Shown here: piece after piece, positions 1 to 9,367 of the stretch | How positions within the stretch are numbered: the stretch's first letter is position 1 | Layout of the letters: each line of letters opens with the position of its first letter | Origin: Patescibacteria group bacterium | GTDB taxonomy: Bacteria; Patescibacteriota; Patescibacteriia; UBA10025; JAHIVO01 | Length of the DNA stretch: 64,000 nt | Assembly (NCBI GenBank): GCA_041660605.1 | Contig: JBAZWB010000001.1 | Location: 329,295 to 393,294 of the forward strand | Direction of reading: 5' to 3' | Program-made: the position numbers and the translations under genes | The notes under the pieces: generated by a model | What the model was told of the DNA's origin: nothing | Database searches by the model: none | What the model saw: only the letters and a program-made list of their open reading frames with translations

Positions 1-12
1 ACGCAGAAAACG

Positions 13-1341
13 GTGAAGCTCGGTAAGGCAGCATCGTTACCCCTATTGATATTTTACATCCTGGGGTTCAAATCAACTGAGCAAGGCGTGGAACTAGGAA
101 TCGCGTCTGCCAAGACGGGTTTCCATGGGATTCAGGCGATAGCTACAGAAATGCAGCGGACAATCATGTTACTTTTTGCCGCTATGTCCTTCTTTGGCTG
201 GATGATGTACTCGTTTGGCGGAAGCTTTCCTATTTTGATGTTTTCTCTGACACTGGTTGCCTTGCAGATATATGTAGCGTCGTATGCTTTTGCAGCGATT
301 GCCGCATATAAGGTCTTTAAGGAGACCAAACTTGAAGTCAGCATCTGGAAAATCTTCCAACACGTGCTGTTCTGGGACTGTATTTTTATCAGCATGACCC
401 TGCTCGTGAAACCCTGGGTCGCAGGTAATTTTGTACCGTACGTTATTTTGGTGCTGTGCGAAGGCGCCTGGTTCCTGCTTGATAAGATGCGGTCGTCTGT
501 CCGGCTTGCAGCTATTACCTTATCAGGGGTATTAGCGATTGGTGCATTTACGTATCTTTTCCTACCGCACTTGGCAGGCGAAGAAAAGGCGCCGACCGTC
601 CAGTCAGATCTGAAGAAGGTCAGCGAAAACATTGGTGTTGGTGTTACCAATGTCATTGCATATGGGTCAAGTAAGTTTTTCGATTTGACCGATGGATTGC
701 GACATCCAAAGAAGGCAACTCCAACTAGCATTGACCCGGCGAAGCTCGTGCCGCCTATTCCGATTGATACAGCTAAACTGCAGCAGAAACCCAATGATGG
801 GAATTTGACTGCTAAAGCGGACCCTCTACCACAGGCTAATATTCCCACGCCAAACGGATCGGCTACGACAGTAAACGCGCCGTCTACGGGAAGTTACGGA
901 TTGGTTCAGGCGCCGGCTGCCAATTCAGCGCCGTCTTTACCGCAAGGATTTACCCAGCCTTTTTATCCTCCTGATTTCCAGGCTAAGGCGAAGTTTTGCG
1001 GCAAACCATTAAATGGAGCAGAAAGCTTCTTCACAGTTGTGGTGAAGAGAGTTCTGCTAAGTCCTGACCAGACGATTGTTGAGATTGAGTGGTCAGATCC
1101 AAAGTCACAGGGGGAGAGGGCTAGTGTGAGCAATCATTCTAGGATTCTATATGGTCATGAGATCTATTCGGTGCAAAGATCTGACGGTGTCTACCTAGAC
1201 ACTAAAGAAAATGGAATACCAGAGAATGGATTGAGGACAGCTCTATTGTACTTTCCTCCACTCCCTGACGGAGCTAGGAGTTTCAAGTTTAAACTGTATG
1301 ATTTGTGGAATCACGTTTACGTGGGAACAGTCAACGTTTGA
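13..1341 (+). CDS. Hypothetical multi-pass membrane protein with Pro/Thr/Ala-rich linker and C-terminal globular domain; 5' end may lie upstream of the window
   Basis: 442-aa ORF. About 4-5 hydrophobic helices in the first ~190 aa, then a low-complexity P/T/A-rich segment. No catalytic motif recognised. Followed by hairpin + T-run at 1373-1405. Confidence 0.5.
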   Translation: MKLGKAASLPLLIFYILGFKSTEQGVELGIASAKTGFHGIQAIATEMQRTIMLLFAAMSFFGWMMYSFGGSFPILMFSLTLVALQIYVASYAFAAIAAYKVFKETKLEVSIWKIFQHVLFWDCIFISMTLLVKPWVAGNFVPYVILVLCEGAWFLLDKMRSSVRLAAITLSGVLAIGAFTYLFLPHLAGEEKAPTVQSDLKKVSENIGVGVTNVIAYGSSKFFDLTDGLRHPKKATPTSIDPAKLVPPIPIDTAKLQQKPNDGNLTAKADPLPQANIPTPNGSATTVNAPSTGSYGLVQAPAANSAPSLPQGFTQPFYPPDFQAKAKFCGKPLNGAESFFTVVVKRVLLSPDQTIVEIEWSDPKSQGERASVSNHSRILYGHEIYSVQRSDGVYLDTKENGIPENGLRTALLYFPPLPDGARSFKFKLYDLWNHVYVGTVNV

Positions 1342-1372
1342 ACATCAAGTTGATCTTTGTGTTTAGGATAAC

Positions 1373-1405
1373 GGGGCGTATGCTTTTGCAGCGCCCCTTT
1401 TTTTG
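1373..1405 (+). terminator. Rho-independent terminator-like hairpin (GGGGCG...CGCCCC + T7)
   Basis: Inverted repeat followed by TTTTTTTG directly after the stop of the 13..1341 ORF. Confidence 0.5.
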
Positions 1406-1486
1406 TCTAATATTACCCTTGATTTTTTACGAAAATCATGCTATAATAACGCTGTGATATAAAAATAAAAATTAATCAAAAACAAT

Positions 1487-4400
1487 ATGAAAAGGTTTTT
1501 ATACGCCTTATTAAGTTTACCAATAGTGCTAGCCACTATTTTTTTATTTGCTCCGGAAGCCAAAGCAGCCTACGGCGACGTCACCACCTATCTGGGAAAA
1601 ATTTACGCTGGCGACGGCGGAAGCAGAGTGGACGCGTATTTTGATTTTCCTGAAGACGTAGATATTGACGCTTCGGGAAATTTTTTCATCGCAGACACCT
1701 ATGATAATGTCATACGAAAAATTGATGCCAACGGGATTGTTTCCACGGTGGCAGGTACGGGTTCATACGGCAATACAACCGGCAGTACAACGACAGCCGA
1801 GTTTGCTTTGCCGCACGGCGCTTCAGTGGCTTCAGACGGAGCGATTTATGTCGCGGATACGGCCAATAATCAGATCAAAAAAATAAGCGGGTCAACAGTC
1901 ACCACCTTAGTATCTTCCGGCTTATCCGGACCGGAAGGTGTGGAAGTTTATGGTTCGCGATTATACATCGCTGACACCGGCAATAATGCCATTAAATATG
2001 TTTCTACTTCAGGCGGCGCGGTTTCAACTTTGACTACTAACGTTGATGGTCCAAAAAAGTTAGCTGCCAATGGCGATGGTACGGTTTTATACATCGCTGA
2101 CGCCGACAGCCATCGTGTGCTGTCAGTTAATACCAGCTCTGGAGCGGTTACTGTTGTGGCCGGTTCAGGAGCAGCCGGTTATCAGGAAGGAACCGGGGCA
2201 TCCGCAGTTTTTAATAATGTCTGGGGCGTGGCGCTTGACGGCACCACATTATATGTTTCTGACGGCGATGGTTATACGGATTATATACGTAAAATTAACC
2301 TGACGACGGGCGCCACCTCCTTATTCGCCGAAGACGGCAGTATGGCTTCCATTAATTATCCAGCAGGATTAGATATTTATAATGGCAGTGTATATGTTTC
2401 CAATTCCGGCATTGGTACAATCCACCGTTTCCTGACTACTTTGTCGGGGGATGAAGAAATATTCGCCGGTTACGAAAGATACGGCAACCGCAACGGTTCT
2501 TCCTCAACAGCGCTTTTCGGCCGGCCCAGTGATATGGTGAAGAGTCCTGATGGTAAATATATATATGTAGCGGATAATAACAAAATCAGGCGCGTGACCG
2601 TTGCCACCGGCGAAGTATCGCAAGTTGTCGGCAGCAGCGTGGATAATTACCGCGAAGGGGATGACGATCCGACGCATGGCATCGGGCCGGCACGGTTCAG
2701 CGGCGTCCAAAGCATTACTATTAATTCATCCGGTACCAGGCTATATGTTGTTGACCGCTGGAACAACAGAATTCGCGGAGTCAACCTGGAGGTCAGCCCG
2801 GCTCCAACTTATCTAGTTTCAGGCGCCGGTTTAGTTAATACCATTGGTACTGATGATAACGGCTATCAGGAAGGCGTTAAATGCGCTGACCAGTTGAATA
2901 CCGGTGTGGCAGGCTGCGCTTACTTCCGCTCGCCCACGGGCATAGTCATCGATCCAACCGATACTTATTTATATGTAGTTGATTCTGGTAATAACCGCAT
3001 CAGGAAAGTGCGCATTTCCGACGGACAGACCTGGCTGGTGGCCGGTACAGGAGCAACGGGTTATGCGGATGGCGCGGGAACGTCAGCGAAGTTCAACCGA
3101 CCTTTCGGCCTGACCATGGACGCTTCGGGCAGTAATCTGTATATTGCTGATTCCAATAATCATGTTATCCGTAAAATAAATCTGACTTCCGGCACGGTTT
3201 CTACCCTGGCCGGCAATGCTTCAGCGGGCTATCGGGAAGCTATCGGCACCAACGCGGTTCTTTCATTCCCCGAATTCATAAAAATGGGCGCAGATAATTT
3301 ACTGTATTTTTCCGATACCGGTTCGCATCGCGTTCGCTTAGCCGATCCGACTACCGGTTTGACCAAGCTGGTGGCCGGTTCCGGCGAAAGGGGATTTAAA
3401 AACGGTAATCGCACTACAACGGAATTCAATAACCTTAAGGGCTTACTCCCTGATACAGCCAGTCGTGTTTTATACGTTACAGATCAGTGGAACGATTTAA
3501 TCCGCCGGATAGACATTACCGGCACGGCGCCCTACGCTGAGGCAGCGCCGACGGTCACTGCTGTCACTCCAAACCAGGTGAATCCGGCCTGGGACAAGGG
3601 ATCAGGTTTAAACGTGAAGGTTGACGGCACAAATTTCACCTTTGGGGCGAAAACTTATTTTGGCGATACGGTAAGCGAAGCGACTTATGTGCAATCCGGC
3701 ACTTCTCTGGCCGTAAAACTTCCATTATCACAGATGTCAACCGGTTGGTATGACGTTACGGTGGTCAGTTTAGATGGGCAGAAATCAACCAAAGAACGCG
3801 CCATCGGCATTACTGATTCAGCAGGCAATGTTCCCAGCACGTATCATCAATATTCAAATAAAACTTCGGATGATGTTTCCACCCCCAGCACCTATACCCC
3901 TTCCGTCGCCTCAGGCTTTTCCTTCATGGCCTACGCCTCCACTCTGCGCGCCGGCTACCACATTGCCGGCGGCAACGTGATTGCCGGAGGGCATGATGAG
4001 ATCATTACCGGCACCGGCGACGGTTTAGGTCCTCAAGTCAGGGTTTTTGACGGCTCCGGCAATGTTCAGTCCCAATTCTTCGCTTATGCTTCCACTTTAC
4101 GCTCAGGCGTCAGAGTAGCGGCCTGCGATCTGACCGGCGACGGCATTGATGAGATTGTTACCGCCCCAGGCCCCGGTGGCAAGCCGCACATCCGCATTTT
4201 TAACGGCACTGGCACGCCTCTGACTCCGGGCTTCTTTGCCCTGGACGGCAAGTTTACCGGTGGGGTTTACGTTACCTGCGGTGATACTGACGGCAACGGC
4301 ATCAAGGAGATCATCGTCACGGCCGGCAAAGGCGGCGGCGCCCAGGTCATGGTATACAACCAGGACGGCCATGCCATGGCCAATTTCTTCGCCTATGACA

Positions 4401-4846
4401 AAGCCACCTTCCGTAAAGGCATCAAAGCGGCGACCGCTGACGTGGACGGCGACGGCAAGGATGAAATCATTGTCGGACCGGAATTCGGCGCTTCCCATAC
4501 CCAGATCTTCCAGATCAGGCCTAATGAGATAAAACTGCTTTCACCAGGCTTCTTTGCCTTCAACAAAGATTACCGCGGCGGCGTGTCCGTAGCCGGCGTG
4601 GATACTGACGGGGACGGCATCAAGGAGATCGTGGTCGGAGTAGGTGAGAATGCCACCCCCTTAATCAGGGTCTTCAACGTGCGTGAGGAAATGCAGAAGG
4701 AATTCTTCGCCTATGCCACCAATTACCTGAACGGCGTCAATGTGGCCGGGGCTGACGTGGACGGCGACGGAGCTGATGAGCTCCTGACCATACCCCGCGC
4801 TTCTGGCGGACCCAATGTCAGGGTGATTGACGTGGAGGGGATTTAG
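1487..4846 (+). CDS. Secreted giant surface protein: N-terminal NHL repeats, central IPT/TIG-like domain, C-terminal FG-GAP/VCBS-type repeats
   Basis: 1119 aa. N-terminal signal peptide (MKRFLYALLSLPIVLATIFLFAPEAKA). Repeated YIADTGNNxIRKI / YVVDSGNNRIRKV motifs typical of NHL blades. Repeated FFAYAxxxRxGVxVAxxDVDGDGxDEIIxG motifs typical of FG-GAP. Terminator hairpin downstream. Confidence 0.8.
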   Translation: MKRFLYALLSLPIVLATIFLFAPEAKAAYGDVTTYLGKIYAGDGGSRVDAYFDFPEDVDIDASGNFFIADTYDNVIRKIDANGIVSTVAGTGSYGNTTGSTTTAEFALPHGASVASDGAIYVADTANNQIKKISGSTVTTLVSSGLSGPEGVEVYGSRLYIADTGNNAIKYVSTSGGAVSTLTTNVDGPKKLAANGDGTVLYIADADSHRVLSVNTSSGAVTVVAGSGAAGYQEGTGASAVFNNVWGVALDGTTLYVSDGDGYTDYIRKINLTTGATSLFAEDGSMASINYPAGLDIYNGSVYVSNSGIGTIHRFLTTLSGDEEIFAGYERYGNRNGSSSTALFGRPSDMVKSPDGKYIYVADNNKIRRVTVATGEVSQVVGSSVDNYREGDDDPTHGIGPARFSGVQSITINSSGTRLYVVDRWNNRIRGVNLEVSPAPTYLVSGAGLVNTIGTDDNGYQEGVKCADQLNTGVAGCAYFRSPTGIVIDPTDTYLYVVDSGNNRIRKVRISDGQTWLVAGTGATGYADGAGTSAKFNRPFGLTMDASGSNLYIADSNNHVIRKINLTSGTVSTLAGNASAGYREAIGTNAVLSFPEFIKMGADNLLYFSDTGSHRVRLADPTTGLTKLVAGSGERGFKNGNRTTTEFNNLKGLLPDTASRVLYVTDQWNDLIRRIDITGTAPYAEAAPTVTAVTPNQVNPAWDKGSGLNVKVDGTNFTFGAKTYFGDTVSEATYVQSGTSLAVKLPLSQMSTGWYDVTVVSLDGQKSTKERAIGITDSAGNVPSTYHQYSNKTSDDVSTPSTYTPSVASGFSFMAYASTLRAGYHIAGGNVIAGGHDEIITGTGDGLGPQVRVFDGSGNVQSQFFAYASTLRSGVRVAACDLTGDGIDEIVTAPGPGGKPHIRIFNGTGTPLTPGFFALDGKFTGGVYVTCGDTDGNGIKEIIVTAGKGGGAQVMVYNQDGHAMANFFAYDKATFRKGIKAATADVDGDGKDEIIVGPEFGASHTQIFQIRPNEIKLLSPGFFAFNKDYRGGVSVAGVDTDGDGIKEIVVGVGENATPLIRVFNVREEMQKEFFAYATNYLNGVNVAGADVDGDGADELLTIPRASGGPNVRVIDVEGI

Positions 4847-4897
4847 TAGCTAGTAATTAGTTATTAGTACCTAGTGATTAGTTAGATTAAATATACT

Positions 4898-4934
4898 CCG
4901 AGCGTACTCTCTCAAGGGTACGCTCGTTTGTATT
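4898..4934 (+). terminator. Rho-independent terminator after the NHL/FG-GAP gene
   Basis: CCGAGCGTAC-loop-GTACGCTCG followed by TTTGTATT; preceded by stop codons in all frames. Confidence 0.55.
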
Positions 4935-4964
4935 ATTGAAAGATATATATTTAGGTATTGATTT

Positions 4965-5175
4965 CTTCTTTTCTGTGCAAACAGTTTGTTTATGTACTTT
5001 CTGTAACCAGAAAGTACCAAAGAGTTCCGCCCGTGCTGCGTAATCTTGAAAATTGGGCTCATCGTCGCTATCGACCCACAACCGCTTCGCTTGAGTGGGA
5101 TCGATTCCCCGCCCATGGGCGGGGATCGCTCCTCTTCGCCTCAATTTTCCTACGATTACTCCGCAATGGGCGGGG
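4965..5175 (+). repeat. Intergenic repeat element, copy A of a ~210-260 bp family (second copy at 53212-53470)
   Basis: Shares a 5' motif TTCTTTTCTGTRCAAACAG and a 3' motif CTACGATTACTCCGCAATGGGCGG with copy B; also shares AAAGAGTTSCCGCC and CGCTCCTC motifs. Internal long palindrome CGATTCCCCGCCCATGGGCGGGGATCG. Confidence 0.5.
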
Positions 5176-5330
5176 TATTAAGGTTATTCAAAATTGGTAC
5201 ATTTATAGATGACTAACATTTCTTTGTAATCGGCTATTTTAATATCAAGCGGCATTGACAAAACATATTATTATGCGATAAAGTTAATTAATTATTTCGC
5301 ACTTTTCACTATTACTGAAGGAGGCATTCA

Positions 5331-5684
5331 GTGAAATTAGATTTCAATACAATCCTTGCGTCGAGTTGGCCGGTAACAATTTTTGGTACTGCAATATTCC
5401 TATGCCTGGCCATGGGTCGGGCACGGAATGAACGCTGGGATTGCTGGCTCTGGTGCTGTATCTCGCTCGTCTGCGCGATGCTTGCCGGCAGCCACTTTCG
5501 GTTAATCCCATGGGATGCACCCGGTGGAGTAATTGGCAGCGGCATCCTGTTTCTCGCCGGGGTTGCGCTGGTGCCGTTTCTCATGCTACGGCTGGCCAGA
5601 AAAGACCACGAGGGGTTGGCCATATTTCTCGGCCTAATCTGCTGCCTGTTTATTGCCAGCGGATCTCATGTCTTGTTTAGCTGA
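5331..5684 (+). CDS. Small hypothetical membrane protein (GTG start)
   Basis: 117-aa ORF with 3 hydrophobic helices. GAAGGAGG Shine-Dalgarno 5 nt upstream of the GTG at 5331. Tandem hairpins + T7 downstream. Confidence 0.4.
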   Translation: MKLDFNTILASSWPVTIFGTAIFLCLAMGRARNERWDCWLWCCISLVCAMLAGSHFRLIPWDAPGGVIGSGILFLAGVALVPFLMLRLARKDHEGLAIFLGLICCLFIASGSHVLFS

Positions 5685-5733
5685 GATTTTCGTCTCAGCG
5701 CGTACGTAGCCAACCAGCCACGTACGTTTTTTT
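5680..5733 (+). terminator. Tandem hairpins ending in T7 (terminator)
   Basis: GCTGAGATTTTCGTCTCAGC followed by CGTACGT-loop-CGTACG TTTTTTT. Confidence 0.5.
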
Positions 5734-5802
5734 GTTGCTAAATAAAAAGACCGACTCCCTCTGTTGATGAGAGCCGGTTTTTGATTTTTCGTATCACCGT
5801 GT

Positions 5803-7362
5803 TTAGGCGGCAAACGAAACGTCAATGTGAATAGGTTTTACGGTACGAGCTTTAGCGGGCGGGAGTTCGCCAGTAGCAATGCGTTCGATAGCATTGCAGA
5901 GACCGGGCGCGTTGATATAGACCGCACCGTCAATCTCGTTAATGATTACGGGTTTGCCGGGGATATGACTGATCGACAGTCGCGCCGCATCCAGATCCTC
6001 AGTATGATCCGGGCCAATGGCCAGGCCAATCACGGGAATGGAGTGACCATAAGCATAAAGCGCGGCATCAAGCATACCTGGTAAATGTGCAGCCAGACCG
6101 GCGCCAGCGATAATGTAGTCGACGTCAGCCAAGTTGATTACCCTTGGCTTATCCTCGCCAGGCTCGGTTATTTCGAGCCTGCCAGTGCGGGCCAGCGTGA
6201 CCATGGCTTTAAATTGCCGGTGACAGCTGAAGTTGGTGGTTACCCGTATACTGGTCAATTCGCCATTCCTGGTGAAGCTGTCATCAGCATTCTGGATAGC
6301 CTTCTTTACTTCTGCTGTGAGATCGCTCTCACTGCCAAGTAAAACAAGAATATTCTTTCTCCGCTGGGCCAGATTGACGCCAAGTGTTTTGGCATATTGC
6401 TCGACCGTCAATCCAGTCAGACGCCAGAAGATATACCGATAGGCATCTGTCAGAGCTTTGATAAGCCCTTTGGATCCCTTCCATTCCCAAGCCTTTTGCA
6501 AGTCGTTTGGATCATCATTGTGGAGCTTGTGAATGCTGAGCTCTTTACCAGCTTCGCGTCCAATCTGTTTATCGAACGATGACGGAGCTGAGCGCTTTTC
6601 AGCTTTACGACTCGTGACCCAGAGCAGGAATTCCCAGAACCGACTGGAATCAGGTGACAGGACCTCATCGCAGATACAGATGTTGCCTTCCTCATCGATT
6701 CCAAATTCGAATTTGGTATCAGCCAGGACAATACCTCTGCGTCTGGCGAATTCGACAGCGAATGAGAAGATTTCAAATCCCATCGCTGACTCTACTGGGA
6801 ATTCTCGGCGGACTTCGTCAGCGGGGATATTCCGGTCATGTCCTACATCTTCCTTGGTAGAAGGCGTGAAGAGAATCCGCGGTAACTGGTCGCCGTCCTG
6901 TAATCCGTCTGGCAATTTATAGCCGCAGACGACACCGTTGTCGTTGCAGTAATCTTTGAACCCGGAGCCAGTCAATGCCCAACGGTAGATGAATTCCCGT
7001 TTTCTGACGGTGACGTTTTTGACAACCATGGCACGGGCCTGGAGGTCTGCGTTACCCCTAAGGGATTCCGGCAGGAATTGGTCGATGTCGGTGCCAGTGG
7101 CAACGAAATGAGTTTTAAAGCCCTGCGCTTCAAGCAACTGGAACCAGAAGTGTGACATCAAGTTAAGCATGATGCCTTTCATCGGTACGATGAAATTCAG
7201 GACGATATCAAAAATGCTGATACCGTCTGAGCACACGAGCAGGAGGTACCGTTTATCGGGTAACCGATATGTGTCGCGTACCTTGCCGCGGTTTAACAGT
7301 TTTAGGCCGGGCGCTCGAAGCAGCTTTTGACGCTTCCGAGCTGGTGAAAGAATTGCTCCCAT
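5803..7362 (-). CDS. Bifunctional PurC-PurE fusion: N-terminal SAICAR synthetase domain fused to C-terminal PurE (AIR carboxylase / N5-CAIR mutase) domain
   Basis: 519 aa. N-terminal half has GKVRDTY and SAICAR-synthetase-like core. C-terminal ~160 aa has the PurE signatures LGSESD and AGAGLAAHLPGM. AGGAGG SD 4 nt upstream of the ATG. Confidence 0.8.
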   Translation of the reverse strand: MGAILSPARKRQKLLRAPGLKLLNRGKVRDTYRLPDKRYLLLVCSDGISIFDIVLNFIVPMKGIMLNLMSHFWFQLLEAQGFKTHFVATGTDIDQFLPESLRGNADLQARAMVVKNVTVRKREFIYRWALTGSGFKDYCNDNGVVCGYKLPDGLQDGDQLPRILFTPSTKEDVGHDRNIPADEVRREFPVESAMGFEIFSFAVEFARRRGIVLADTKFEFGIDEEGNICICDEVLSPDSSRFWEFLLWVTSRKAEKRSAPSSFDKQIGREAGKELSIHKLHNDDPNDLQKAWEWKGSKGLIKALTDAYRYIFWRLTGLTVEQYAKTLGVNLAQRRKNILVLLGSESDLTAEVKKAIQNADDSFTRNGELTSIRVTTNFSCHRQFKAMVTLARTGRLEITEPGEDKPRVINLADVDYIIAGAGLAAHLPGMLDAALYAYGHSIPVIGLAIGPDHTEDLDAARLSISHIPGKPVIINEIDGAVYINAPGLCNAIERIATGELPPAKARTVKPIHIDVSFAA

Positions 7363-7455
7363 TGGAGCCTCCTGTTTGTTAAATGTGAACGGTTTTTGTT
7401 AGTTTTGTATTTTAGTTGATTTGAATACTTTAACAATTGGCAAGTGATTTGTCAA

Positions 7456-7490
7456 TAAAAAAGGCCACGAGCTTTTTACTTCTCGTGGCA
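7456..7490 (-). terminator. Terminator hairpin downstream of purH (minus strand)
   Basis: GCCACGAG-loop-CTCGTGGC with an A-run on the plus strand (T-run on minus) immediately after. Confidence 0.5.
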
Positions 7491-7518
7491 TGATTGACAG
7501 GGTGCGAAATTAATGGGA

Positions 7519-9132
7519 TCAGCAGTGACCGTAGAACATACGTCCAAGGCTGACCGGAATCCAGATAAGCGTAACCTTGTGTTTCAGCAGGTAAGCCTTT
7601 ACTGCTTTATCACCGGCGCCTTTGATCTTGGAACCGGAAACTGTCAGTATGGCAATGATTCCTGCCTGAACCAGCGCTCGTGGTCCGTCCACATAAGGGA
7701 AGAACGAGTCGCTGCAGCAGACCGCGCCTTTAAGAAGGTGTTTGAAGGTCCTAGCTTTCCTGATGGCCAGCTGGGCTGCGCCAACACGGTCGTCCTGCCC
7801 AGTACCATTGCCAATCAGCATACAGTTATTAACAATGGTGATGGTATTACTGCTGCTGGTAGAGCAGAGAGCCCAAGCCAGGAGCAGATCGGTTTTTTTG
7901 CGTCTGGCCAACCTGCCATACTGATCAACTTTATCGTGCTTGAAGTTGAACACGTATTCGAAGTTAGGTTGCCGCAGAAAACCGCCACGTACCGTATGGA
8001 TGATCGTGCTCACATCAAGCGCTGGGTTGCGCAGTTCCTTGTTGATCATGATGCGGCATAGGCCTTGGGCGCGCTTGAGTATGCTAATTGCGCCTATGGT
8101 AATTGCAGGGGTCAGTACTCCGTCCAGAATGCGCTGCTGCTTTTTGATCAGGTAGGTTCGGAGCAGTTCCGCTTCGGCTTCACCAATTGTGAAGTTGGTA
8201 ATCAGAATACCACCCCAGGCCGCACGCGGATTTCCCGCCAGCGTCTTCTTGATTACTTCCGTCTTTGAATTACCGTATGATGCGCCGATGGCATTACCGT
8301 GTTTAACGATTACGGCAAAGTACTTTGCTTTTATCCGGTTAACGCGGAACGCGGCAATAACATGGGTCATGGCTTGCAAACAGCGGTTGAAATCGGTGAA
8401 GTTGATATAGCTTGGGTCAGCACCCTCGACCAGATCAAACCGATGCAAAGCCAGTGGATCGTCATTATCGGTAGCAAACAGCGCCGCTGGAGTTTGCCAG
8501 GGATTTTCACCGTACTTACATTTTATGGCAAGTTTGCCGGCCAGGTATTGATACTGTCCATCGCTTAAATATGTAGCCAGCGGCATGTAGTAGGTGATGA
8601 CCGTGTGAACTGCTTTCGCGACAAGCCGGCGGCGTTCTTCGGCGGAAATCTCGCCGTACTTCTCAAGCTGGTTCAGAACGTGGTTCATTTCGGCCGGGTC
8701 GGTAGCGATGATCCGATTGCCTTTCGCTGCGGACATTGTCATGCTTGGTCCGCCGACATCCCAGGCATCAAGAATCTCTTCATATGTCACACCTGGCTTG
8801 GCGATCACGCTATGCAGTGGATAGTAGTGAATATACACCAGGTCGAACTTGACCAGGCAAAGCTTTTCCAGCTCTGCAATTTCCTCTGGAGTATATGCCA
8901 GGCAACCTCCATGCAGGTCGCCGTTTAGTGAGACCACTTTGTGGTTCAGGATCGGTTTTCGTCCGGTGATAGTCGAGATGTCAGTACATCGGAGACCTGC
9001 TTCTCGGAGAACTTTCGTAGTTCCATGCGAAGCAAAGATCCGGTACTTTAGTCTTTTTAAGCGTTTTCCAATTTCGACTATACCAGTTTTGTTTGCCACC
9101 ATGAGGAGGCAGTTTTTTTTGAACTTTGGCAC
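7519..9132 (-). CDS. purH: Bifunctional AICAR transformylase / IMP cyclohydrolase
   Basis: 537 aa. N-terminal MGS-like IMPCH domain (FASHGTTKVL...). VGGPSM and transformylase-domain motifs. Lies in a purine-gene neighbourhood. Confidence 0.85.
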   Translation of the reverse strand: MPKFKKNCLLMVANKTGIVEIGKRLKRLKYRIFASHGTTKVLREAGLRCTDISTITGRKPILNHKVVSLNGDLHGGCLAYTPEEIAELEKLCLVKFDLVYIHYYPLHSVIAKPGVTYEEILDAWDVGGPSMTMSAAKGNRIIATDPAEMNHVLNQLEKYGEISAEERRRLVAKAVHTVITYYMPLATYLSDGQYQYLAGKLAIKCKYGENPWQTPAALFATDNDDPLALHRFDLVEGADPSYINFTDFNRCLQAMTHVIAAFRVNRIKAKYFAVIVKHGNAIGASYGNSKTEVIKKTLAGNPRAAWGGILITNFTIGEAEAELLRTYLIKKQQRILDGVLTPAITIGAISILKRAQGLCRIMINKELRNPALDVSTIIHTVRGGFLRQPNFEYVFNFKHDKVDQYGRLARRKKTDLLLAWALCSTSSSNTITIVNNCMLIGNGTGQDDRVGAAQLAIRKARTFKHLLKGAVCCSDSFFPYVDGPRALVQAGIIAILTVSGSKIKGAGDKAVKAYLLKHKVTLIWIPVSLGRMFYGHC

Positions 9133-9304
9133 TGTTTACCTCACTTTGTTCAGGTTCGATTTGTTTTTTGGGTTTTTGTAGTTTTTAATTAATTACCTAA
9201 CCTTAGCAAAAGCGAATAAGGACGTCAAATGGAAAAAAGTGATGCAACAGGAATATTCTTCCTCCTACGCTCCATTTCGGCGGACAGGTAAGAATGTAAG
9301 AATG

Positions 9305-9343
9305 AAATAAAAGAAGCGCCGAGAGTGGTGAACACTCGGCGCG
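9305..9343 (-). terminator. Terminator hairpin downstream of the kinase gene (minus strand)
   Basis: GCGCCGAG-loop-CTCGGCGC preceded on the plus strand by an A-rich run. Confidence 0.45.
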
Positions 9344-9367
9344 CTAGGATATTCGGAAGAAGAACGA

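Noticed and set aside
132-848. 238-aa antisense ORF inside the 13..1341 membrane-protein gene
   Set aside because: Entirely embedded antisense to a longer ORF with coherent membrane-protein features. No SD and no recognisable motifs. Typical shadow ORF in GC-balanced DNA.
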